From assembly GCA_043819795.1 (NCBI GenBank), contig JBDREN010000197.1, forward strand, positions 1 through 47,187: DNA of 47,187 bases, read 5' to 3'. This stretch comes from Elusimicrobiota bacterium. Lineage in GTDB: Bacteria; Elusimicrobiota; Elusimicrobia; UBA1565. The translations under genes and the position numbers were made by a program. The number at the start of each line of letters is the position of its first letter. Position 1 is the first letter of the stretch. The notes under the pieces were generated by a model that had not been told where the DNA came from, made no database searches, and saw only the letters and a list, made by a program, of their open reading frames with translations. Shown piece by piece: positions 29,851-39,700 of this stretch.

Positions 29851-31377
29851 ATGACGAAGACGGCAGAGAAGACCAAGAGCCCGGCCAAGGCCGAAAGCCT
29901 CAAGATGCTCATCGGGGGCAAGTGGGTCCGGGGCTCCGGGAACCCCCGCGAGGTCATCGACCCCGCGACCGAGCGGACGATCGCCGTCGTCCGGGACGCC
30001 GGAGCCGACGACGTGGACCGCGCGGTCGCGGCGGCGAAAGAGTCCTTCGATGACGGCCGGTGGTCGAAAAAATCTCCCGGGGAGCGCTCCCTGGCGCTCT
30101 TCCGGCTGGCCGACCTGATCGAGAAGGACGCGCAGCGGCTCGCCGTCATCGAGAGCGAGAACGCCGGCAAGCCGATGAAGCTCGCCGCCGAGGGGGACAT
30201 CCCCTTCGCCGTGGACAACCTGCGGTTCTTCGCGTCGGCGGCCCGGATGCTCGAAGGGCGCGCGGGTGGGGAATACGCGGGCGGCTACACCAGCTACCTG
30301 AGGCGCGAGCCGGTGGGCGTCGTCGCTCTGGTGGCGCCCTGGAACTACCCCTTCATGATGGCGGTCTGGAAGATCGGGCCCGCCCTGGCGGCCGGCAATA
30401 CGCTGGTCCTCAAGCCCTCGGAGCTGACCCCGCTGAGCACGCTGGAGCTCGGCAAGCTCGTGGCCAAGGCCGGCATCCCCGACGGCGTGCTCAACATCGT
30501 GACCGGAGGCGAGGAGACCGGCAGGCTGCTGACGCAGCATCGCGACGTGCGCATGATCTCCTTCACCGGTGACACCGACACCGGCCGCAAGATCATGGGG
30601 CAGGCCGCGCCCACGGTCAAGAAGCTCCACTTCGAGCTGGGCGGCAAGGCGCCCTTCGTCGTGTTCGATGACGCGGACCTCGAGGCCGCGGCCCAGGGCG
30701 CCGTCGTGGGCGCCTTGCAGAACGCGGGCCAGGACTGCACCGCCGCCACCCGCCTTTACGTCCAGAAGGACGTCTACCCCAAGTTCATCGAGCTCCTGGT
30801 CAAGCACCTCAAGGCCGTGCGCGTGGGCGCGCCCGGAGAGAAAGGCACGGACATGGGCCCGCTCATCAGCCGGGACCAGTTCGACCGGGTGCGGGGCTTC
30901 GTGTCCCGGGCGGCCCAGGCGGGGGCCAAGGTCACGGTCGGCGGCCGCCCCCCGGCCGGCAAGCCGCGGGGGTATTTCTACGAGCCCACCCTCATCGAGG
31001 GAGCGCGCCAGGACAGCGAGATCGTCCAGAAGGAGGTCTTCGGCCCGGTGGTCGTGGCCCTGCCGTTCTCCGACGAGGCCGAGGCCGTGCGCCTGGCCAA
31101 CGACGCGGACTACGGCCTGGCCGGGAGCGTGTGGACCCTGAACGTGCAGCGGGCCATGCGGGTCTCGGGCGAGCTGCGCTGCGGCACGGTCTGGATCAAC
31201 GACCACCTGCCCCTGGCCTCCGAGATGCCCCACGGCGGCTTCAAGCAGTCGGGCTTCGGCAAGGACATGTCCGCCTACGCCCTCGAGGAGTACACCGAGA
31301 TCAAGCACGTGATGGCCGACATGAGCGGTGACCGGCGCAAGGGCTGGCACTACCTCGTCTACGGCGACCAGCAATAA
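29851..31377 (+). CDS. patD: Gamma-aminobutyraldehyde dehydrogenase
   Basis: PWNYP, ELGGKAP, NAGQDCTAATR, SEMPHGGFKQSGFGKDMSAYALEEYT; AGGAGG RBS before ATG 29851. Confidence 0.85.
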   Translation: MTKTAEKTKSPAKAESLKMLIGGKWVRGSGNPREVIDPATERTIAVVRDAGADDVDRAVAAAKESFDDGRWSKKSPGERSLALFRLADLIEKDAQRLAVIESENAGKPMKLAAEGDIPFAVDNLRFFASAARMLEGRAGGEYAGGYTSYLRREPVGVVALVAPWNYPFMMAVWKIGPALAAGNTLVLKPSELTPLSTLELGKLVAKAGIPDGVLNIVTGGEETGRLLTQHRDVRMISFTGDTDTGRKIMGQAAPTVKKLHFELGGKAPFVVFDDADLEAAAQGAVVGALQNAGQDCTAATRLYVQKDVYPKFIELLVKHLKAVRVGAPGEKGTDMGPLISRDQFDRVRGFVSRAAQAGAKVTVGGRPPAGKPRGYFYEPTLIEGARQDSEIVQKEVFGPVVVALPFSDEAEAVRLANDADYGLAGSVWTLNVQRAMRVSGELRCGTVWINDHLPLASEMPHGGFKQSGFGKDMSAYALEEYTEIKHVMADMSGDRRKGWHYLVYGDQQ

Positions 31378-31389
31378 AGGAGGCCGCGC

Positions 31390-32814
31390 ATGGCCAAGTT
31401 CACCGTCATCGATCCCGCTACCGAAGAGGTCCTGAGCGAGTTCAACTCCGCCGGCGCCAAGGAGGTGGCCCGCGCCGTGGCCTCCGCCAAGAAGGCCTTC
31501 GAGTCCTGGCGGTCCGTCCCGTCCCAGGAGAAGGCCGAGATGCTCCACGAGATCGCCAAGCGCCTGCGGGAAAACACCCAGAAGCTGGCCGAGACCCTGA
31601 CCCGGGAGGGGGGTAAGCCCCTGCGGGAGAACGTGGACGAGATCGGCTGGACGGCCTCCTGCTTCGACTTCTACGCCGAGCTGGCCCGCGCCGGGCGCGG
31701 GCGGGTCATCCCCTCCACCGAGCGCAGCCAGCTCAACCTGGTCGTCAAGGAGCCCTACGGGGTCGTGGGGGCCATCGTCCCCTGGAACTACCCCCTGCTG
31801 CTCATGGCCTGGAAGGTGGCGCCGGCCCTGGCCGCGGGCAACACGGTCGTGCTCAAGCCGGCCGAGCAGACCCCCCTGGCCACCAAGAGCTTCGTCGAGA
31901 TGACCGACGTCCTGCCCAATGGCGTGCTCGAGCTCGTGCTCGGCGGCCCGGCGACCGGGGCGGCGCTCGTAAGCCACCAGGACGTCGCCTTCGTGGCGTT
32001 CACCGGAAGCCTGGAAGTCGGCCGGAAGATCTCCCACGTGTGCGCCGACCAGATGAAGAGATGCCATCTGGAGCTCGGCGGCAAGGACGCCTTCGTGGTC
32101 TGCGAGGACTCCGACCTCGACCTGGCTGTCCGCGCCGTGGCCTGGGCCGCCTTCCTCAACACCGGCCAGGTGTGCACCTCGGCCGAGCGCGTATACGTCC
32201 ACGACTCGATCGCCAAGTCCTTCACCGAGCGCCTCCTCGAGACCACTCAAAAACTCAAGGTGGGCCCGGGCATGGACCCCACGACCGACGTCGGCCCCAT
32301 GATCCGCGGCGAGTACCGCCGGAAGGTGAAGGCCCACGTGGACAGCGCGGTCCGGCGCGGGGCCAAGCTCCTGACCGGCGGCAAGGTGCCCACGGGCAAG
32401 GGATTCTTCTTCGCCCCGACCGTCCTCGCCGGGGTAGCGCAGGACATGACGGTCATGCGCGACGAGACATTCGGCCCGGTCTGCCCGGTCGCCACGTTCC
32501 GCGACTTCGACGAGGCCATCCGCCTGGTCAACGACTCGATCTACGGCTTGGGCTCGAACCTCTACACCCACGACGCCCGGAAAGCCAAGCGCTTCTTCGA
32601 GGACGTGCAGGCCGGCACCATCTGGATCAACGATCCCCTGACCGACAACGACGCCGGCCCCTTCGGCGGCTACAAGGCGAGCGGCGGGGGGCGCGAGTTG
32701 GGCTACGAGGGCCTCGAGGCCTTCCAGCAGTCCAAGCACATCCATTGGGACTTCGAGCAGAACGCCAAGCCCTGGTGGTACCCCTATGCCGAGGCCGAGG
32801 TGAGCAAGAACTGA
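31390..32814 (+). CDS. NAD(P)-dependent aldehyde dehydrogenase (aminoaldehyde/betaine-aldehyde-like)
   Basis: PWNYP, FTGS, ELGGKD, GQVCTSAER, ETFGPV; AGGAGG RBS. Confidence 0.9.
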   Translation: MAKFTVIDPATEEVLSEFNSAGAKEVARAVASAKKAFESWRSVPSQEKAEMLHEIAKRLRENTQKLAETLTREGGKPLRENVDEIGWTASCFDFYAELARAGRGRVIPSTERSQLNLVVKEPYGVVGAIVPWNYPLLLMAWKVAPALAAGNTVVLKPAEQTPLATKSFVEMTDVLPNGVLELVLGGPATGAALVSHQDVAFVAFTGSLEVGRKISHVCADQMKRCHLELGGKDAFVVCEDSDLDLAVRAVAWAAFLNTGQVCTSAERVYVHDSIAKSFTERLLETTQKLKVGPGMDPTTDVGPMIRGEYRRKVKAHVDSAVRRGAKLLTGGKVPTGKGFFFAPTVLAGVAQDMTVMRDETFGPVCPVATFRDFDEAIRLVNDSIYGLGSNLYTHDARKAKRFFEDVQAGTIWINDPLTDNDAGPFGGYKASGGGRELGYEGLEAFQQSKHIHWDFEQNAKPWWYPYAEAEVSKN

Positions 32815-32822
32815 GCTGCTCC

Positions 32823-32877
32823 GAAATGGTCTGAATGCATCCAGGGAGTCTTCCCTGGATGCATCCAGACGGATTTC
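32823..32877. promoter_or_regulatory. Long intergenic inverted repeat
   Basis: ATGCATCCAGGGA-gtct-TCCCTGGATGCAT (13-bp perfect stem), extendable by GTCTG/CAGAC and GAAAT/ATTTC. Confidence 0.6.
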
Positions 32878-32879
32878 TG

Positions 32880-34259
32880 ATGCAAACGGCTCTAACGATC
32901 TCGATCGGCGCCTACCTCGTCGTCATGTTCGGCGTCGCCCTCTGGGCCCAGCGCCACATCAAAGACGAGGGGGACTTCATCGTCGCCGGACGGCGCCTCC
33001 CCGTTTCCCTGGCCTCCGCCACGCTCCTGGCCACCTGGTTCGGAGCCGGGACCCTGCTGACCGCGGCCGACGAGATCCGCGCCGAGGGCCTGCGCGTGGC
33101 CGCTTTGGAGCCCTACGGAGCGGGGCTCTGCCTCATCGTGGCCGGCCTCTTCTTCGCCAAGCCCCTCTGGGAGATGAAGATCTACACCATAGCGGACCTC
33201 TACCGGGAGAAGTTCGGCCCGGTCACGGAGCAGATCACGGTGGTCCTGACCGTGCCCAGCTTCATGAGTTGGATCGCGGTGCAGCTCATCGCGGTGGCGG
33301 GGATACTCGATCTCCTGCTGGGGGTCCCCATGACGACCGGGGTGGTCTCGGTGGCCCTCGTTGCCATGCTCTACACCCTTCTGGGGGGGATGTGGTCGGT
33401 GACCCTTACCGACGCGATCCAGCTGATTCTGGTGATGATTGGGCTCGTTGTCCTGAGCGTCAGCGTCTTCACCGACATCAGCCTCGGAGGGGTCCTGGCC
33501 GCGGTCGAGCCCAAGGACCGGATCCTCATCCCGCGCGAGAACGCCGCCGAGTTCTTCGGCTGGCTGAGCCTGCTCACCGTCGCGGTCCTGGGCAACATCC
33601 CCTCGCAGGACCTGGGCCAGCGCATCTTCGCCTCCAAGTCGTCGGCGGTGGCCCGCCGGGCCTGCCTCATCGCGGGCCTGCTCTACGTGGGATTCGGGAC
33701 GATCCCGGTGCTCCTGGGCCTGGCCGGCAAGTTCGCGCTCGGCGACGATGTGCGGCAGTCGGTCCTCCCGGCGCTGGCCCTGAAGTTCTTCTCGCCCGCC
33801 ATGACCGTGATCTTCGTGCTGACCTTGCTCTCGGTCGTGCTCTCGACGATCGACAGCGCGATCCTGGCCCCGGCCAGCGTACTCGCGCGCAACACTCTGC
33901 GCCGCATCATTCCCGAGGAGAAGGTCTCGACCTTGACGCTGTGCCACATCTCGGTCGTGGCCATCACCGCGTTCAGCGTTTGGATGGCCCTCTCGGGCAA
34001 GAAGGCCTTCGAGCTGCTCGAGCAATCCTACGCCCTGGGCCTGGTGGGCTTCTTCGTCCCGTTCATGGCGGGGATCTGGCTCAACCGCCGCTCCGAAGGC
34101 GCGGCCATCGCCTCGATCGCCGCGGGGATGGGCGTCTGGTCGGTGGAGTTCTTCGTCGAGACCAGCCTTCCCATGCCGCTTCTGGCCCTCGCGGCCAGCC
34201 TCGTCGCCTACCTCGCCTGGGCCTACCTGATCCTGCCCGCGCCCAAGAAGGCGGCGTAG
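32880..34259 (+). CDS. Second sodium:solute symporter (SSS family)
   Basis: DFIVAGRRLP, YTLLGGMWSVTLTDAIQ, LGNIPSQDLGQRIF, LSTIDSAIL; likely start MQTAL at 32880. Confidence 0.92.
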   Translation: MQTALTISIGAYLVVMFGVALWAQRHIKDEGDFIVAGRRLPVSLASATLLATWFGAGTLLTAADEIRAEGLRVAALEPYGAGLCLIVAGLFFAKPLWEMKIYTIADLYREKFGPVTEQITVVLTVPSFMSWIAVQLIAVAGILDLLLGVPMTTGVVSVALVAMLYTLLGGMWSVTLTDAIQLILVMIGLVVLSVSVFTDISLGGVLAAVEPKDRILIPRENAAEFFGWLSLLTVAVLGNIPSQDLGQRIFASKSSAVARRACLIAGLLYVGFGTIPVLLGLAGKFALGDDVRQSVLPALALKFFSPAMTVIFVLTLLSVVLSTIDSAILAPASVLARNTLRRIIPEEKVSTLTLCHISVVAITAFSVWMALSGKKAFELLEQSYALGLVGFFVPFMAGIWLNRRSEGAAIASIAAGMGVWSVEFFVETSLPMPLLALAASLVAYLAWAYLILPAPKKAA

Positions 34260-34313
34260 GCCCGCCTTTCCGGACCCTCCGAGGATTCGCGCGGATGCGA
34301 GCTTTTTCCGGTG

Positions 34314-36371
34314 TCAGTCGAGCCGGCCGTCGTCGGCCCAGTCCTCCATCACGCTGATCGAGCAGCCGAACTTGCGGTGGCCCTTCATCGCCTCCGAGGA
34401 GGCGGCCAGTATCTGCTCGCAGCTGCATCCGTGGGTGTCGGCCGTGGTGAAGGTATTCCTGGGCCCCTTGCCCTTGGACGCCGTGGTGTCGAACACGTAG
34501 GCGCCGGCCTCGCGCGTCCCGGTCACGATCGCGAAGCGGTTGGTGCCCAGCCTCACGCCCGGCACGGAGGCCTCCGGGGCCTCGGTGTCGCGGCATCGGT
34601 CCTGGCAATACGCTACCCCGTCATCGTCGAGATCCGAGTCGTCCGGCGTCTGGGCGCTGCAGTCGTCGTCCACGCCGTTGCAGCGGGTCTCCGGCGCGCC
34701 GGGATTGACCTCCGGGGCGGCGTCATCGCAGTCGGTCGGCCCGCAGTCGCCGCCCTCCACGGCGTAGCCGTCGCCGTCGGCATCCGTGCAAGAGGCCTCG
34801 CAATAGCCCTCTCCAGCCAGACCCTTGGCGTACTGCTCCCCGATCTCCTCGGCGGTCAGAGCCCTCTTGTAGATCGCCACTTCATCGACAAGGCCTCTTG
34901 TGGGATAGTCGAAGGCGGACCGGATCCCGATGAACAGCCTCTTGTCGCTGTTGATGGACCCGGACGCGGTCTTCTGCATGATGGGCTGGCCGTTCAAGAA
35001 CATATGCAAGCCGTTTCCGCTTCTCACAAAGGCGATGTGATGCCAATCCCCCAAGGTGATCAAACGATACTGCGTCAGCCAACCGCTCGCCGTGCTGTAG
35101 AAATCCAGATTCTGGAGCGGAGCGAGTCCGCCGAATCCCAATGCCACCACCGGGACCGAACCCGGATCCCCTATGCTCAGGAGATACTGAGAATTGCCCG
35201 TATTCTCCACGTTCGCCCAGAGGCTTATCGTGAAGTCTCCGCCTCCGAGATCCCAGTCGCTGCTGGCCGGCGCGCTTACATAATCATTGCTGCCGTCGAA
35301 ACTCAGCGCGCCTCCGGCCCGCCCGGCCGGAGTCCAGACGGGCCCGTTGACCAGAGTCCCGCGATTCGCGGCGTAGGAATCATGCGCGGTCCCGCCCGAA
35401 GTCTCCTCGAAACGCCAATAGCTGGCCATGCCCGCCGGCGCGCCGGGATTGCCGCAGGCGTCGACGTCGTCCGGGCTCCCGTCGCCGTCCGCATCAGGGA
35501 AGCAGACGCTCGGCCTTCCCATGCAGCTGTGGCCGGGATCAAGGGCGCACGCGGCGGAGCACCCGTCTCCATCTAGGTTGTTCCAATCATCGCATTCTTC
35601 TCCCGCATCTACGGCGCGCGCCCCGTCGCCGCAGAAGGCCTCAATGATCTCGTCACAATAGCCCTGCCCGAGCCCTTCGCTGTAATGCCGGCGGATCTCC
35701 TCCGGCGTCAAAGCCCTCCTGTAGATCGCCACTTCGTCGATAAGGCCTTTTGTGGGATAATCAAGAGCGGACCTGATCCCGATGAACAGCCTCTTATTGC
35801 TGTTGATGACGCCGGTTCCGGTCTTCTGCATGATAGGCTGGCCGTTCAAGAACATATAGAAGTCGTTTCCATCCCGCACAAAAGCGATGTGATGCCATTC
35901 CCCTAAGGCAATCACGCGATACTCTGTCATCCAACCGCTTGCCGTGCTGAAAAAATCCAGATTCTGGAGCGGAGCGAGTCCGCCGAAACCCAATGCCACC
36001 ACCGGGACCGACCCCGGGTCTCCTATGCTCAGAAGATATTGAGAATTCCCCGAATTCTCTATCTTCGCCCAGAGATCGATCGTAAAATCCCCGTCTCCGA
36101 AATCCCAGTCGCCGCTGGCAGGCACACTGACATAAGCTTTGCCCCCGGGGAAGTCCAGCGCGCCTCCGACCCGCCCGGCCGTCTCCCAGACGGGCCCATT
36201 CACCAAAGTCCCGTCGTTCGCGTCAAAATCATCGTTCCCGGGATTCGATGGATCATCGAAAGTCCAATAGGAAACCGTGCCAGGAGGACATGCCTCCGTT
36301 TCCTGCGCCAAGGCGCCTCTGACGAACGCCAAGGAACTTGCCAGTATCACTCCCGCGAATATTCTTGTCAT
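34314..36371 (-). CDS. Secreted protein: two LamG-like jellyrolls, Cys-rich DUF4215-like and MopE-like repeats, C-terminal GCSC domain
   Basis: Signal peptide; SYWTFD...WHHIAFVR...IDEVAIY.RALT twice (852-bp period); CGDG...EECDD; DCDD...NPGA...CNGVDDDC. Confidence 0.85.
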   Translation of the reverse strand: MTRIFAGVILASSLAFVRGALAQETEACPPGTVSYWTFDDPSNPGNDDFDANDGTLVNGPVWETAGRVGGALDFPGGKAYVSVPASGDWDFGDGDFTIDLWAKIENSGNSQYLLSIGDPGSVPVVALGFGGLAPLQNLDFFSTASGWMTEYRVIALGEWHHIAFVRDGNDFYMFLNGQPIMQKTGTGVINSNKRLFIGIRSALDYPTKGLIDEVAIYRRALTPEEIRRHYSEGLGQGYCDEIIEAFCGDGARAVDAGEECDDWNNLDGDGCSAACALDPGHSCMGRPSVCFPDADGDGSPDDVDACGNPGAPAGMASYWRFEETSGGTAHDSYAANRGTLVNGPVWTPAGRAGGALSFDGSNDYVSAPASSDWDLGGGDFTISLWANVENTGNSQYLLSIGDPGSVPVVALGFGGLAPLQNLDFYSTASGWLTQYRLITLGDWHHIAFVRSGNGLHMFLNGQPIMQKTASGSINSDKRLFIGIRSAFDYPTRGLVDEVAIYKRALTAEEIGEQYAKGLAGEGYCEASCTDADGDGYAVEGGDCGPTDCDDAAPEVNPGAPETRCNGVDDDCSAQTPDDSDLDDDGVAYCQDRCRDTEAPEASVPGVRLGTNRFAIVTGTREAGAYVFDTTASKGKGPRNTFTTADTHGCSCEQILAASSEAMKGHRKFGCSISVMEDWADDGRLD

Positions 36372-36729
36372 ACCCTCTCCTTCCCGTTCCCGGAATCACG
36401 CCGTCGCGCGACCGATCCGCGTTTGTATCCCCAACCACAGTATAACACGGCCGGCGAATCCCAGCCAGCCGTCGGAAGCTACCGCGCGGACCGCAGGCCC
36501 GCCGGGTCACCTGGAGACTGCCGCACTCCGGAGAGCGATAACAAGGCTCCGCTTTCCCGCTGACTCATCAACAAATGCTTTTTTGATAAGCACCATTTCC
36601 AGGGGATTGTCAGCGCTTGTCCTTGATTTGCCAGAGGAATGGGGTTATATCATTGCTAAGGCTGGCAGGCGGGCGGGCCTTGACGCATCGGTGCCCTGTC
36701 GGGGCGTGGCCGCGCGGAGGATTAAGGAA

Positions 36730-39700
36730 ATGAGAATAATATTGTCTGGACTCATACTGGGGAGTTGCCTGCCTTTTGCCGGAGGCGCGCTGGCGCAAGA
36801 AACATGTCCTTCCGGCATGGTCTCGTACTGGACATTCGACGATTCCCTGGATCCCGGGAACGACGATTTTGGCGCGAACGACGGGACTTTGCTCAATGGC
36901 CCTGTCTGGACCTCCGGCCGGGTCGGGGGGGCCTTGGGTTTTGACGGCGTGGACGACTATGTCTATGTGCCCGACAGCGACGACTGGGATTTCGGCGCCG
37001 GCGATTTCGCGGTCGAATTCTGGACACGACTTCGCAGTCTTTCAGGATGGCGCATCTTTATGGATATCGGAGGCCATGATGTCGGCATCCGGATCAACTA
37101 TTTCGGCAACAATCTGGAAGTATATGTGGCGCACGGGTCCGGCCAGAATTTCAATTTCCCATGGTCCCCGTCGCTGAATACCTGGTATCACCTCGCCGTC
37201 ATAAGGAACGGGAATGCTTTTGAAGCGTATGTGGACGGCTCTCAGATCGGCAGCACTCAAGATGTCACCGGAAAGGACATAACGGGACTCACCCGCGGCG
37301 TCGGGATCGGAGAGGCGGTCAAGTCCACCGCGCATCTCAACGGGGACCTCGACGAAGTCGCGATCTACAACAGGGCGCTGACCCCGGAAGAGATCTCGCA
37401 GCACGTCGATGACGGCCTGGCCGGCAAGGGGTATTGCGAGGCCTATGTCCCCTGCGGCGACGGCGTCATCGACGCGGGCGAGGAATGCGACGACGGCGAT
37501 CGGGCGGACGGGGACGGCTGCTCCGCGGCTTGCGCGGTGGAGGACGGCCACGTGTGCCATGGAGAACCCAGCACCTGCTGGCCCGACCTGGACGGTGACG
37601 GCTGGCCGGACCTGCGGAATCTGGTGTCCAACCCCGGTTTCGAGCTGGACGAAAACGACGACGGTTGGGTCGACGAATGGTACCTTGCCGGAATAGACCG
37701 CGAGGCGGCTCACGGCGGGGCCGCTTCGGGCCGGCGCGAGACCGGATCCTATACGTGGCAGTATGTGCCCATCAACGGCCGCGTGCACGGGTTCACCTTC
37801 GGGGGCTGGAACAAGCTCGACAAGCAGTCCGAGACCCAGTATCAGCCCACGATGCACGTGGTCGTCTACTACGAAGACGGGACATCCGCCGGCTCCAGCA
37901 AGGGCGCCCGGTTCGATCGGGAGACCCACGATTGGACGCTGAGCATGGACTACATCGACACCGACGAGACCAAGCTCATGACCACCGCGCTGATCAGGTT
38001 GTGGTGGCAAGGGGACGGCACCACCTGGTTCGACGACGTATTCCTCGTCCCGTCCCGGTGCCTGACCTTGGACGGCGATTGCTGCGGCAACGGCGTCCTC
38101 GACGCGCAGGAGGCGTGCGACGACGGGAACAGAGACGGCGGCGAGGGCTGCTCCGCGGCCTGCGCGGTCGAGCCGGGCTACGGCTGCGCGGGCGAGCCGA
38201 GCATATGCGCTCCCAACCTCGACGGCGACGACATGCCGGATCTGGCGAACCTGCTGAGAAATCCAGGCTTCGAGACCGACGAGGACTACTACGGCTTGGT
38301 CGACGAATGGTACCTTACCGGGATAGACCGCGGGGAGGCTCACGGCGGGGCCGCTTCGGGCCGGCGCGAGACCGGATCCTATACGTGGCAGTATGTGCCC
38401 ATCAACGGCCGCGTGCACGGGTTCACCTTCGGGGGATGGAACAGGCTGGACAAGCATTCCGACACCGGGAAACAGCCCCAGATCTCGGGGGTGGTCTACT
38501 ACGAGGACGGGACGTACCACGGCTTCGGCGACGTGGTCCGCTTCGGCGCCGACACCCACGACTGGACGTTCGGTTCGGCCTATTTCGACACGGACGAGAC
38601 CAAGCTCATGACCACCGCGCTGGTCAGGCTCTGGTGGCAGGGCGACGGCACGACGTGGTTCGACGACGTTTTTCTGGTCGCCAGCTCATGCGTGGACCTG
38701 GACGGCGACGGCCATAAGGGGACACCGGCCGGGTGCGGGCCGGACTGCGACGACTTGGACCCGGGCGTGAGCCCGGGGGCGGGCGACGCGGATTGCGACG
38801 GGCTGGACCAGGACTGCGACGGCACCGCGGACGACGATTATGTCGCGGCCCCCACGTCCTGCGGGGTGGGCGCCTGCGCCTCGACCGGCGAGTCCGCGTG
38901 CGTGAACGGACAAGAGACCGACACCTGCGCGGAGAACGCCCCTCGACCCGAAACCTGCGACGGCCTGGACAACGACTGCGACGGGACCGCGGATGACGGG
39001 GGCGACGCCCTGTGCACCGACGGGCTCTGGTGCACCGGAACCGAGACCTGCGCCGGGGTCTCAGGCTGTCAGCCCGGAATGCCTCCGGTCTGCGCCGACG
39101 CCCTGTCCTGCACCGTTGACAGCTGCGACGAGGACGCGGACGCCTGCGCCTACACGCCGATAGACGAGGACGGCGACGGCTCCGACATCTGCGACGGGCC
39201 CGGTCAGGACTGCGACGACGGCAATCCCGACGCCTATCCGGGCGCCGAGGAGCGGTGCAACGGGTTCGACGATGACTGCGACGGGCAGACCGACGAGGGC
39301 TGCGACGACGACGGTGACGGGATCCTGAACGCCGCCGACAACTGTCCGGACGCCTACAACCCGGACCAGTTGGACACCGACGCGCAGGGTGGAGGAGACG
39401 TCTGCGACATCTGTCCGAACGATCCTGCGGATGCCTGCGATCCCGGCGGCTCCGCGGGCGAGTACGTGGAGGCGGCCGAAGGCGGCGAGGTGGCCGCTCC
39501 GTCCGGGAGCGCCTCGTTCGCGGTCCCGGCCGGGGCCCTCGACGCCGACACGAGCATGGCAATCACGGAGAGCACCCCCGCGGATCCGAACATCGAGATC
39601 GGCTCGAACAAGGGGCAATCCCTGTCGCAATACTCCTTCACGCCGGCCGGGACGACCTTCAACGAGCCCGTCACGGTGACGCTGGTGACGGAATGCACGC

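Noticed and set aside
27911..32745. Long minus-strand ORFs 27911-29773 and 29224-32745
   Set aside because: Antisense shadows of patA/patD/ALDH caused by high-GC codon bias; no motifs of their own
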